A DNA stretch of 22,463 bases from a virus (Duplodnaviria > Heunggongvirae > Uroviricota > Caudoviricetes). The stretch lies in the IMG/VR virus record IMGVR_UViG_3300022468_000286, one strand, 5' to 3'. The translations under genes and the position numbers were made by a program. Each line of letters opens with the position of its first letter. The stretch's first letter is position 1. This document shows, piece by piece, positions 12,341 to 21,567 of this stretch. The notes beneath the pieces are model-generated. The model searched no databases. It was not told where the DNA came from and saw only the letters and a list, made by a program, of their open reading frames with translations.

Positions 12341-13138
12341 ATGAACAACGATCACTATGTGTACTTGCATAGACGAAAAGACAACGGAATTGTATTCTAC
12401 ATTGGGCATGGAAGGCTAAACCGGGCTGAAACTCAAAGAAAAAGAAGTAAAAGCTGGGGTGAAGTAGTAGAGCGTGCTGGCGGTTTTGATATTGAATACT
12501 TATCAACATGTCTTTGTAAAAATGCAGCAATCAAGTTGGAGAATGATTTACTCAGGAGCCCGAACTTAGAGTGGAATCTGGTGAACATTGCTCCTGCAAG
12601 AACTACACATGAACTGTCCAAGGAATTAATTGAAGATTTTTTGGAATATGATGAGACAAGTCCATCAGCACTGCGTTGGAAGAAAACATTCGCGGCTAAT
12701 ACCAGAAAAAATTTAATTGCAGGACATTTAGAGGTTAAAGGGTATTGGACGGTCAGGCTAAATGGGACCTCTTATCAGGCCCACCGATTAGTTTGGGTGC
12801 TGCATAATAACAGTATTGATTCAAATTTAGTTATTAATCATATTGATAACAACAGGTCCAATAATCATATTTCAAACCTAGAGCCTGTCACGAATGCAAA
12901 TAATTCTCGTAAGAGTTTAAGGAATAAGAATCCACTGGGTGCTGGAATTAATTTTTCTATTGTCGCAGGTAAGTATGAATATTGGATTGCCTATGTTTAC
13001 GATCTTGCTAGTAGGCGTTTTAGTAAATCTTTTAATTGTAAAGAACATGGACACCAAAAAGCTAAAGAACTAGCTGAACAATGGAGATTTGATCAACTTC
13101 GCATTTTAAATAGCCAAGGCGCGGAATATAACCTATGA
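12341..13138 (+). CDS. Homing endonuclease with GIY-YIG-like N-terminus and HNH C-terminus
   Basis: YVYLHRRKDNGIVFYIGHG and YQAHRLVWVLHN...INHIDNNRSNNHISNL; ATGA overlap with terL. Confidence 0.85.
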   Translation: MNNDHYVYLHRRKDNGIVFYIGHGRLNRAETQRKRSKSWGEVVERAGGFDIEYLSTCLCKNAAIKLENDLLRSPNLEWNLVNIAPARTTHELSKELIEDFLEYDETSPSALRWKKTFAANTRKNLIAGHLEVKGYWTVRLNGTSYQAHRLVWVLHNNSIDSNLVINHIDNNRSNNHISNLEPVTNANNSRKSLRNKNPLGAGINFSIVAGKYEYWIAYVYDLASRRFSKSFNCKEHGHQKAKELAEQWRFDQLRILNSQGAEYNL

Positions 13139-14610
13139 TTTTATCACCAGCATCTAGAAAACAAGAGATGTTCTTGAATTCTACAACAGATATTACACTC
13201 TGCGGCGGCGCTGCTGGGTCGGGCAAGACGTATACAGCCTTGCTAATTGCTTTACGGTACATGCAACACCCACGCGCTACTGGAGTAATTTTTCGGCGCA
13301 CGTCAAAGATGATTACTTCTCCGGGTTCCATCTGGCACGAAGCCGTTAATATGTATACCTCAGTTTATAAGACAGGTCTACGTATTAGACACAGAGAGAA
13401 TGAAATTGTATTTCCAAATGGTGCAGTATTAAAATTTTCTCATATGCAGCACGAAAGTGATAAGTATTCTCATAAAGGTGGTCAATATAGTCTGGTTATC
13501 TTCGACGAGAGTAGTGATTTCTCTGAAGATATGATTGTGTATCTAATCTCGCGTATGCGTAATGCCCACGTAGATTATAAACCTAAACTGTTTTTATTAA
13601 CTAACCCAGATTACAATAGTTTTCTCCGTCTTTGGATTCAGGATTTCTATCTGGACCCTCTCACAGGGATTCCAAAAGACGAGCTTGCAGGAGTTAAGCG
13701 TTGGTTTTTTAGACAAGGTAATACCATGATATGGTATAATAGTCTAGAATCTGCAGAAGCAGTTCACGGTAGTGGTGATGAATCTGGTATCATGAGTTTT
13801 ACGTTCATCCCTGCCAATTGCCGCGATAATCCCCCTTTACTTAAGGCTCAACCGAGCTATATTAGTAATCTTATGTCTCTACCTCGCGTAGAAATGGAAA
13901 GATTGCTGATGGGTTCATGGTTTGCTAGACCTGAATCTTCAGGACTATTCAAGCGAGAATGGGTTCAGATTGTAAAGCATCCTAATGCCAGAGCTAAACA
14001 AAGAGTGCGAGCATGGGACTTTGCTTTCAGTAAGCCTTCTGAGCAATATCCAAATCCTGACTGGACACGCGGAGTACTGATCTCTAAAGACGCAGTAAAC
14101 GTATACACGGTAGAGGATGTAGTAGGTATCCGAGACAGAGTACACATTGTAGAACAGCTTGTGTTTGACACAGCAAAGGCAGATGGTCCGGGAGTAGTTA
14201 TCTCAATCCCGCAAGACCCTAACGCTCAGGCAGCGGCATATGCAAAGGACTTGCAACGCAGATTAGCAGAGATGGGGTTTACTTGTAGACTGTCTAAGCC
14301 TGTCAAATCTAAGACCATTCGCTTTGCACCTTTCAGTAGCGTAGCTCAGGCTGGCTTCGTTCAGGTTGTAGAGGGTGATTGGAACAAAGCATTCTTTGAT
14401 GAGCTTGAAGTGTTTGATGACACAGGGCGGTACAAGGATGACCAAGTTGACGGCGTATCAGACTGCTTCAGTGTTCTTAATAAAGACTTGGCTCTTCCTA
14501 GCATGCAGCTACCCAATCTTTTAGGTTCAGGTGTTGCAGGTTTCCAAGGATATCACCAATCATCAACTCAAGTCAAGACATTTGAGAGTATTCCTTCGTT
14601 TAAATTTTAA
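13135..14610 (+). CDS. terL: Terminase large subunit
   Basis: Walker A GGAAGSGKT, Walker B VIFDE, RNase H-like nuclease AWDFA and DDQVD. Confidence 0.95.
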   Translation: MILSPASRKQEMFLNSTTDITLCGGAAGSGKTYTALLIALRYMQHPRATGVIFRRTSKMITSPGSIWHEAVNMYTSVYKTGLRIRHRENEIVFPNGAVLKFSHMQHESDKYSHKGGQYSLVIFDESSDFSEDMIVYLISRMRNAHVDYKPKLFLLTNPDYNSFLRLWIQDFYLDPLTGIPKDELAGVKRWFFRQGNTMIWYNSLESAEAVHGSGDESGIMSFTFIPANCRDNPPLLKAQPSYISNLMSLPRVEMERLLMGSWFARPESSGLFKREWVQIVKHPNARAKQRVRAWDFAFSKPSEQYPNPDWTRGVLISKDAVNVYTVEDVVGIRDRVHIVEQLVFDTAKADGPGVVISIPQDPNAQAAAYAKDLQRRLAEMGFTCRLSKPVKSKTIRFAPFSSVAQAGFVQVVEGDWNKAFFDELEVFDDTGRYKDDQVDGVSDCFSVLNKDLALPSMQLPNLLGSGVAGFQGYHQSSTQVKTFESIPSFKF

Positions 14611-14621
14611 TAGGAGCCTAA

Positions 14622-16103
14622 ATGGCAACACGACAAAAACGTACAGACGTGCCTGTACAAAAAGCGCAAATGGATACTCCAGAACGCTTTAAGTTAAGTG
14701 AAACAGGTTACGTAGGGCTTCGTATCTTTGACGGAGTTTCTAAAGATGAGCTTAAGAAGGAACTAAACTTCCCTAATAACATCAAGGTGTTTAAGGAAAT
14801 GTCCTATCATAGCTCAATAAACTCTTCATTGACTTTATTCGACAGTATTATTTCAAAAGCTACATGGACTTTCAAGCCACCCGCTGACGCAACTGAAGAA
14901 GAAAAGCGTCAGTGTAAACTTGTTGAGAGCATGATGTTTGATATGGAACACTCTTGGGCAGAGTTCATCCGTGACGTATTAAGCATGAATATCTTTGGAT
15001 TTTCTGTGCATGAAAAGGTGTATCGCCGCAGGCTTACCTCTAATGGAAGTATGTTCAATGACGGTATTATTGGCTGGAAGAAACTTCCTATCCGTGCTCA
15101 AGAAACTATTCAGAAGTTTGTATTCTCTGCAGATGGTAATGAAATCATTGGCGTTAAACAAGATATTTCTGGTGTTACCGATACGTATAATCGTTATACA
15201 GAACGTTCTAGCCATGAAGTAGTGCTAGCCCGCCAGAAAATCCTTCTGTTCCGCGCTGGTCGTCATCGTGGTGATCCTTTTGGTAAATCCCCGTTGCGTG
15301 ATGCTTACCTTGCTTGGAGATTCTTGACGGCTCTGGAAGACCTAGAAGCTGTTGGAGTATCTAAGGACTTGAATGGCCTTCCTGTGCTTATGTTGCCTCC
15401 GCAATACTTGTCTGCAGATGCTACACCTGAACAGAAAGCTATCAAGGATTACTATGAACGCTGCATGGCTAATCTTCAGATGAATGAGCAGTCTGCGATG
15501 ATTCTCCCTAACGCATATGATCCAGACTCTAAGAAACCTCTTTTCAGTCTAGAGCTTCTGAGCGTAGATGGTAAGAAAGCTTTCGATATTTCCAAGATTA
15601 AAGAGTATTACCGTAATCTTATTTATACAAGTCTCTTCAGTGATATTCTGCAGATGGGACAATCAGCAACAGGCTCTTTTGCTCTAGGCTCTATTAAGAA
15701 TAGTCTTTCTGGTGCAGCAGCCGAGGGGATGATTAAGATTATCTGCGAGGTTCTGAATCAAGATTTGATTAAGCAGACTTATGAGTTGAACGGTTGGGAT
15801 GTTTCCCGTCGTGGAACTCTTGATTATGACAATCTTGAAGATGCTGACCTTGAAACAATCAGTAAGTTCTGGCAGCGTGTTACATCTGTTGGTCTGGTTG
15901 AAAAAGATCGTGAAGTACTTAATGCAATTCGTGTTGCAGGCGGTATTGATCCGTTGCCTGCTAACTTGCCTCCACAGCAAGATTTGCTAACACCTGAGAC
16001 AAGTCGTTCAGGCGATGGCATGGCTAAGGGCTCTGGTAATGGAACCAGTGATAATGCCGCAGGTACTGATAATTCATCTGATAATTTAGAAAACGCAGCA
16101 TAA
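14622..16103 (+). CDS. Portal protein
   Basis: Follows terL; 493 aa; GDPFGKSPLR, GSFALG motif, low-complexity C-tail typical of DUF935-like myovirus portals. Confidence 0.9.
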   Translation: MATRQKRTDVPVQKAQMDTPERFKLSETGYVGLRIFDGVSKDELKKELNFPNNIKVFKEMSYHSSINSSLTLFDSIISKATWTFKPPADATEEEKRQCKLVESMMFDMEHSWAEFIRDVLSMNIFGFSVHEKVYRRRLTSNGSMFNDGIIGWKKLPIRAQETIQKFVFSADGNEIIGVKQDISGVTDTYNRYTERSSHEVVLARQKILLFRAGRHRGDPFGKSPLRDAYLAWRFLTALEDLEAVGVSKDLNGLPVLMLPPQYLSADATPEQKAIKDYYERCMANLQMNEQSAMILPNAYDPDSKKPLFSLELLSVDGKKAFDISKIKEYYRNLIYTSLFSDILQMGQSATGSFALGSIKNSLSGAAAEGMIKIICEVLNQDLIKQTYELNGWDVSRRGTLDYDNLEDADLETISKFWQRVTSVGLVEKDREVLNAIRVAGGIDPLPANLPPQQDLLTPETSRSGDGMAKGSGNGTSDNAAGTDNSSDNLENAA

Positions 16104-16104
16104 T

Positions 16105-16428
16105 ATGCCAACTCCTATCTTTACTCTAGAAGCAGTGAGGGGTACGGATTTCTCCGAGATTATTACATTGGCTGATAATCTTGGAGCCCCAGTATCAACT
16201 AACAACGCTCAAGCTCTATTTGTCCTTCGTGAATACGAAAGAGGACCAGTAGTTTTACAAAAAGATAATACTTCAGGTATTTCTTTTGGAACTTCTAATC
16301 TAGAAATTCGGATTACCGAAGTGGAACTAGATGCAATCAAATTCAACAAGTTACACTATTCATTGTTTATTCATTTGAATGCAGATGTAAAGAAAAAGAT
16401 CGCTAGGGGCGATTTCGAAATTGAATGA
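16105..16428 (+). CDS. Ig-like adaptor protein (BppU N-terminal-like), 107 aa
   Basis: TLEAVRGTDFSEIITL... pattern seen in fibre-anchoring beta-sandwich proteins. Confidence 0.5.
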   Translation: MPTPIFTLEAVRGTDFSEIITLADNLGAPVSTNNAQALFVLREYERGPVVLQKDNTSGISFGTSNLEIRITEVELDAIKFNKLHYSLFIHLNADVKKKIARGDFEIE

Positions 16429-16631
16429 TTATCTCGATACCTAAAAAGGGAGCGAAGGTGGTGCCACTGCCTTCTAATCCTACTACCGTCGTCATTGCAG
16501 CACAGCCCAATACCCTGTCATTGGGACAACTACGTTCAGTAGATATTTCTCAGGCAGAGGCAAATGATGTTCTGATGTTTGACGGTACAAAGTGGCAGGC
16601 AGAAAGCCTTGATGGCGGTGAATTCAACTAA
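16425..16631 (+). CDS. Small fibre-module protein (68 aa)
   Basis: LGQLRSVD...DVLMFDGTKW and C-terminal DGGEF. Confidence 0.55.
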   Translation: MIISIPKKGAKVVPLPSNPTTVVIAAQPNTLSLGQLRSVDISQAEANDVLMFDGTKWQAESLDGGEFN

Positions 16632-16640
16632 GGAAAATAA

Positions 16641-17096
16641 ATGGCTAGATTACAACTAAAACGCGGCCTTAAGGCTAACCTACCTACCACCGGGATGCTA
16701 CCCGGTGAAGGTCACTTTACAACTGATCGTGGTACCTTGCACGTTGCCACTGATGCTACCACGAAGCTTCCTCTCGTCCCTGCTATTGACGACCTTACCA
16801 CTCTTGCAAGCGTAGACGGTGCTGCAGACTTACTGATTATCCACGATGCTTCACAAGCAACAGGTCAGAAAGAAAAGAAGATTACCTTTGACGCTTTCAA
16901 GACCGCTCTGAATATCCCAGCAGGCTCTAGTGATGAGAAGGTTGCTGTGGTCGCTGGCGGTACTGCAGGATATATTTGGGGTACTGACGGCACCAACGGC
17001 ATCCTGAGACTCAACAACTCCTTGTCATGGACCAAAGATGCTGGAAACGCTTTCGTGACGCTTGCTGTTGAAACGGTAGATGGCGGGACGTTCTAG
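16641..17096 (+). CDS. Fibre-like virion protein with Mtd-N / hyaluronidase-N-like domain (151 aa)
   Basis: LQLKRG...GE...TTD...L N-terminal motif; C-terminal DGGTF. Confidence 0.6.
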   Translation: MARLQLKRGLKANLPTTGMLPGEGHFTTDRGTLHVATDATTKLPLVPAIDDLTTLASVDGAADLLIIHDASQATGQKEKKITFDAFKTALNIPAGSSDEKVAVVAGGTAGYIWGTDGTNGILRLNNSLSWTKDAGNAFVTLAVETVDGGTF

Positions 17097-17098
17097 TT

Positions 17099-17557
17099 AT
17101 GACAAAAGTTCTTGTTAAACGAGGAACAAGAGCGCAAATTGATGCAGCCGGTACAGCTTCAGGATTAAACCAAGGCGAGATATATCTGGTGACTGATGAA
17201 GACCGGCTTGCGGTTGGGAAGAACAATACCACTGCCATCACGATTGCCAGTCTATCTGATGCATCAGGCATGTTAAAAGGAAGCGGTACGGTTACGTTAG
17301 ATTTTGGGAATGGTTCGAATGAAGCTTCAGCTATTGTAACGGGTCAATCTGGACTTACGGCAACTTCTCAAGTCTTCCTTGGGGTTTCTGCAGATGCTAC
17401 CAGCACCTCGCATACCGCAAACGATCATAAGTATTTTTTGCAATTTTGCTCTTTGACAAATAGCACCCCTGTTGCTAATACAGGCTTTACAATCTTCGCA
17501 CGCTCTGTGCATAAACTGACTGGAACTTGGACAATTAGTTTTAGTTGGATTCAATAA
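17099..17557 (+). CDS. Fibre-like virion protein, related N-terminal domain (152 aa)
   Basis: VLVKRG...GEIYLVTD...L, the same motif as the preceding gene. Confidence 0.6.
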   Translation: MTKVLVKRGTRAQIDAAGTASGLNQGEIYLVTDEDRLAVGKNNTTAITIASLSDASGMLKGSGTVTLDFGNGSNEASAIVTGQSGLTATSQVFLGVSADATSTSHTANDHKYFLQFCSLTNSTPVANTGFTIFARSVHKLTGTWTISFSWIQ

Positions 17558-17569
17558 AGGATAATCATT

Positions 17570-19027
17570 ATGGCATTAGACGTGCAAATCACAGGTAATC
17601 TAGATCAGGCAGGTAACGTTAAGACTGCTTTCACCCTAGACCCACAATATATGGGCGGTGCCCGAATTTTCACCGAAAATGACGCTGGGCTAGCTACCGG
17701 AGAACCCTCTTTGTGGTCCCCAGAAGTTGATGCGGACTTTCGTTTCCGGGTATCTCAAGACTTAATCCTTGATGATGAGTCTTTTAACTACGCTGCTCAG
17801 AACACAGGTAAGCATAATTACCTTACAACCAACCTTGTTAATGCTTGGTCAGCGGGGAATCTAACCACTAACTCTAGTTCAATTACTACAGTTAACTCTG
17901 GGTCAGTATTTGCTACATACGCCACCTTCCCGAACAACGGCACGCAGACTTTAAGTGCAGATGTAGAGCTTGCCTTCAGTAACCAACCTGTCAGTAATAC
18001 GATTATTGAATTTGGACTAGGTATTCCGGGTTCACAGCTTGTCGCTCCACTTGACGGCGTGTTTATGCGGCTGACTTCTGCGGGACTGATTGGCGTGGCG
18101 AGTAATAATGGTACCGAAACACCTGTTGTTTTCCCTTTGAGTGGTGGAGCAGGCATCTGGGCATACGTACCAGAGAAGAAATACCAGTTCATTGTCTATC
18201 AGGGAATGGTAAAAGCTTCCTTCTGGGTAAATGATGGTGTGACTACGGAGCTTTTGGGTGAGATTCCACTGCCTGCTGGGCAGGGGCGGATGACAATGGG
18301 GCAAGGCTTGCAGTTCTTTATTAAGCATAGAATTGTAGGTGGTGCAGCTGGCGGTATTCTCCAAGCTAAAGTTGGTGCATATAATGTGCGTCTTGGCGGA
18401 TCAAACTTATCTTCTACGATCAGTACACAGGGTAACCGTATTTATGGTAGCTATCAGGGCATCTCTGGTGGCACAATGGGGGGTCTTTGTACCTACCCTA
18501 ACAGTGCCAACCCTACTGCAGCGGCCCCATCAAACACCGCACTGACGGCTAACTTACCCGGTGGTCTAGGAGGTCAAGGTGCGGTTACAGCGGCTGTGGC
18601 TGCTGCTACTGATGGTATTTGGAGTAGTTATCAAGTTCCTCCAGTTTCTGTGAACTCCGGTAGTCGTCGTCTGGTTATTCGTGGCGTGCAGCTTGATTTG
18701 GTTAATCTCGGGGCGGCGGTAGCTACTACCGCAACTACGATTCAGTTTAGTCTAGCCTACGGTCATACGGCGGTGAGCTTAGCCACAACCGATGGTGCCG
18801 CCTCTAAAGCCCCACGCAGGTTACCTCTAGGTTTTGCTACATGGCCTGTCGGTGCAGCCATTGGTGCTCAACCACAGGCAGGTAAGATTACTCTTGATCT
18901 TGGAGATGCCCCAGTGTTCGTAAACCCCGGTGAGTTTGTTGCGTTAGTAGGTAAGTTCTTAGTGGGTACTGCTACTGCTTCGCAAGTGATAAACTTCACT
19001 TGGACTCCAATTTATGGATGGGAATAA
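17570..19027 (+). CDS. Gly/Ala/Thr-rich beta-structured protein, putative fibre or receptor-binding subunit (485 aa)
   Basis: Composition and position at the end of the fibre-like cassette; no family recognised. Confidence 0.5.
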   Translation: MALDVQITGNLDQAGNVKTAFTLDPQYMGGARIFTENDAGLATGEPSLWSPEVDADFRFRVSQDLILDDESFNYAAQNTGKHNYLTTNLVNAWSAGNLTTNSSSITTVNSGSVFATYATFPNNGTQTLSADVELAFSNQPVSNTIIEFGLGIPGSQLVAPLDGVFMRLTSAGLIGVASNNGTETPVVFPLSGGAGIWAYVPEKKYQFIVYQGMVKASFWVNDGVTTELLGEIPLPAGQGRMTMGQGLQFFIKHRIVGGAAGGILQAKVGAYNVRLGGSNLSSTISTQGNRIYGSYQGISGGTMGGLCTYPNSANPTAAAPSNTALTANLPGGLGGQGAVTAAVAAATDGIWSSYQVPPVSVNSGSRRLVIRGVQLDLVNLGAAVATTATTIQFSLAYGHTAVSLATTDGAASKAPRRLPLGFATWPVGAAIGAQPQAGKITLDLGDAPVFVNPGEFVALVGKFLVGTATASQVINFTWTPIYGWE

Positions 19028-19036
19028 TTAATTAAC

Positions 19037-19082
19037 TTGAAAATCCAGCAACTATATGGTATAATTATATATTGCTGGATTT
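19037..19082 (+). promoter_or_regulatory. Promoter for the head genes embedded in a long inverted repeat
   Basis: TTGAAA-17-TATAAT (19037-19065); AAATCCAGCAA (19041-19051) pairs with TTGCTGGATTT (19072-19082). Confidence 0.7.
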
Positions 19083-19094
19083 ATAAGGAGATGT

Positions 19095-19484
19095 ATGAAA
19101 AAATCAGATATTACTCAAGTCCAGATTGCGAAGTCAGTAAACGAAGAGTTAAAACAAGCTACCTTCATTGTAATGGTTCCAGATGAAGTTGATCTCCATG
19201 GAGATATTACATCAGAAGATGAAATTCGTAAAGCTTGTCATAACTACAACACTTTCTGCCGAGAAGCAAATCTTTTTCACCTCACTAAGACTGCCACATT
19301 TGCTGTTGTGGAATCATATCTTTCCCCCGTAGACTTTGTTCTGAATGAGCACTTTGTTAAAAAGGGTACATGGTTAGCTACGCTTCAAGTGCATGACGAC
19401 GCTCTTTGGCAATTGATTCAAGCAGGGGATATCTGCTCAGTGTCTATTAGTGCAATGGCTAATAGGACTCCACTTGATGAATAA
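19095..19484 (+). CDS. XkdF-like putative prohead serine protease
   Basis: VPDEVDLHGD, NLFH, VVESY, KGTW, SVSI motifs; head-module position. Confidence 0.85.
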   Translation: MKKSDITQVQIAKSVNEELKQATFIVMVPDEVDLHGDITSEDEIRKACHNYNTFCREANLFHLTKTATFAVVESYLSPVDFVLNEHFVKKGTWLATLQVHDDALWQLIQAGDICSVSISAMANRTPLDE

Positions 19485-20148
19485 ATATTACGTTTATATT
19501 CATCGTAAGATCACAGATGACTCTATTTTTTATATAGGTAAAGGTTGTGCCAAGAGAGCATGGAACTTTAACAATCGCAATCCTCTCTGGACGCACATTG
19601 CCAGAAAACACGGTGTAAGTGTTGAAGTTGCGTTTGAGAATCTCTCAGAAATCTTTGCCCTAGAACTGGAAAAGAAGCTGATAGCAGAGTTTAACTCTCT
19701 GGGCTACAGCTTGGCTAATCTTTCTACAGGTGGTGAAAGCCCTACTTTCAGTGACGCTGTTAAACAGAAGATGTCAAAAAGCCATACAGGTCTTCGCCAA
19801 TCCAAACAGGCGATAGAGAAAACGGCCAACTTTCACCGAGGCCGAAAGCGTTCTATCGTAACCTGCCAGAAGATTTCTAAAGCCTTGGCTGGACGTAAAG
19901 CTAATCCAGAATCAGCATCTAAAAGTCGCAATACGCGAACACGTATGGCAACCAAGGGTACCGACAACAACATATACTGTTTTAAGCACGTATCAGGTAT
20001 CCAGTTCATCGGGACGAGGTTGCAACTTTGTATAACATACGATCTTACGCCACGCGAAGTTGGAAAATTATTTTATATAAACCCACGCAAAACCAGCAAA
20101 GGTTGGGAATTGTGTCAAGGAGGGACGAATGACAAAGAAAACACCTAA
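19477..20148 (+). CDS. GIY-YIG homing endonuclease with NUMOD3-like repeats
   Basis: YVYIHRK...FYIGKG, LANLSTGG, KMSKSHTG; ATG 19477 overlapping the protease stop is likelier than track start 19450. Confidence 0.85.
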   Translation: MNKYYVYIHRKITDDSIFYIGKGCAKRAWNFNNRNPLWTHIARKHGVSVEVAFENLSEIFALELEKKLIAEFNSLGYSLANLSTGGESPTFSDAVKQKMSKSHTGLRQSKQAIEKTANFHRGRKRSIVTCQKISKALAGRKANPESASKSRNTRTRMATKGTDNNIYCFKHVSGIQFIGTRLQLCITYDLTPREVGKLFYINPRKTSKGWELCQGGTNDKENT

Positions 20149-21139
20149 AGCTCAGAGTAAATTGACAAATCTTGATTTCACGCATGATGGTGCCCATATT
20201 GCATTGGTCAGTAAAGAGCAAGGCCACGGCGCCAATGGACACCACTATGCACTGGTGATGAAGGCTAAGCATTTCAGCCAAGAAGCTATCGAAAAGATGC
20301 AACAGGTTCAGGTTACTCTTGAACTGCCTGAGTTCCTACGTCGCTTCTTCGATATGTACTATACCGAAAGTGAAGTTCTCGCTCGGATGATGGGCTATGT
20401 TCCTGAAGAATCTGACGACGAGTACGGATCAGAAGCTTATTACGCAGAACGCATGGAAGCTTTCACCATTATGAAGTCTCTTCATGAATCAGGTGATGTG
20501 CTTAAAGCTCTTGCCTTGCTTGATGAAAACGAATACCTCTCTCTGTTGACCACTCAGTTGGAAGTAGAGAAAGCACTAGCCAAACTAGATGCTGAAAAAG
20601 AATCCGATTCTGCAGCTCCGGTTGTAGAGTCAGAAAACTCAACAAACGCTAGCGTTGAGAAATCCGTTGGGGCCTCTGGCTCTAAAGTCAAATCTAAGAA
20701 AGAAAACATGACAACTAAAACCGAAAAGGCTACTGAAACTGTAGAAATGGTTGAGAAGTCCGCTCTTGAAAGTATTCAGAAATCTCTTGAAGAAAAATCT
20801 GTAGAACTTCAGAAGGCTCTTGACGCTCTGCAGGCATATGAAGTCGAAAAGAAAGAAGCTGTAGTAAAAGCAAAGTCCGCTCAAATTACCTCTGTAGTGG
20901 AGGATGAATCCATCCAAGCTGCAATTGTGAAAGCTGCTCTGGCTCTTGACACAGAAGAAGACTTTAATTCGTTTGTCCAAGCTATTAATAAAATGGCAAA
21001 GACTGTCGAGGAAAGCAAGCAAGCCGTGGAAAAATCTGCTCTGTTCGTTGAACAAGGTGTAGCTACCTCGGAAGAAGTTAACTCTCAGGAAAGCCCAGTG
21101 GCTCGCATCCTGAAGGCTCAAGTAAATAAAGCAAAATAA
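20129..21139 (+). CDS. Capsid scaffolding protein
   Basis: LTNLDF...HIALV N-terminus, acidic coiled-coil EKS repeats, position before the decoration and capsid genes. Confidence 0.75.
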   Translation: MTKKTPKAQSKLTNLDFTHDGAHIALVSKEQGHGANGHHYALVMKAKHFSQEAIEKMQQVQVTLELPEFLRRFFDMYYTESEVLARMMGYVPEESDDEYGSEAYYAERMEAFTIMKSLHESGDVLKALALLDENEYLSLLTTQLEVEKALAKLDAEKESDSAAPVVESENSTNASVEKSVGASGSKVKSKKENMTTKTEKATETVEMVEKSALESIQKSLEEKSVELQKALDALQAYEVEKKEAVVKAKSAQITSVVEDESIQAAIVKAALALDTEEDFNSFVQAINKMAKTVEESKQAVEKSALFVEQGVATSEEVNSQESPVARILKAQVNKAK

Positions 21140-21148
21140 GGATATCAA

Positions 21149-21547
21149 ATGCCAGTAATCGCAACAGAAAATCAAAGAATTTCAAACGTTCTTAAGTCAG
21201 AATATGAACCAGAACTGGCGTATTGCCGTCTGGTCGTAACCGTTAACGAAGCTACCGCAAAGACTTATGTTCCCGGTATGGTTCTGGGTAAGATCACTGC
21301 ATCAGGTAAGTTCCTGACTGCTGTAGAAACCGCTGTGGACGGCTCTAAGACCGCTGCTGCTGTCGTTCTGTTTGAACAAGCTATTCCTGCCGCTACAGAC
21401 ACGAAAGTAGTTGTACTCGTTAAGGGTCCAGCCTCCGTAGCTAAGGGCGGTCTGGTGCTGGATGCAACGTATAACGATGCAACTAAGCGCAACCTCGTTT
21501 ACACGACACTTGAAGGTCTAGGTATCCAAGTCCTAGAATCTGCTTAA
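21149..21547 (+). CDS. Head decoration protein (lambda gpD-like position)
   Basis: 132 aa; GMVLGKITASGK...DGS...AAVVL; immediately upstream of the major capsid gene. Confidence 0.8.
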   Translation: MPVIATENQRISNVLKSEYEPELAYCRLVVTVNEATAKTYVPGMVLGKITASGKFLTAVETAVDGSKTAAAVVLFEQAIPAATDTKVVVLVKGPASVAKGGLVLDATYNDATKRNLVYTTLEGLGIQVLESA

Positions 21548-21567
21548 TATTTTAAAAGGACTATAGA

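Noticed and set aside
19477-20148. Group I intron splitting a fused protease-scaffold gene
   Set aside because: The endonuclease ORF overlaps both neighbours, leaving no room for intron core helices, and both neighbours have their own start and stop
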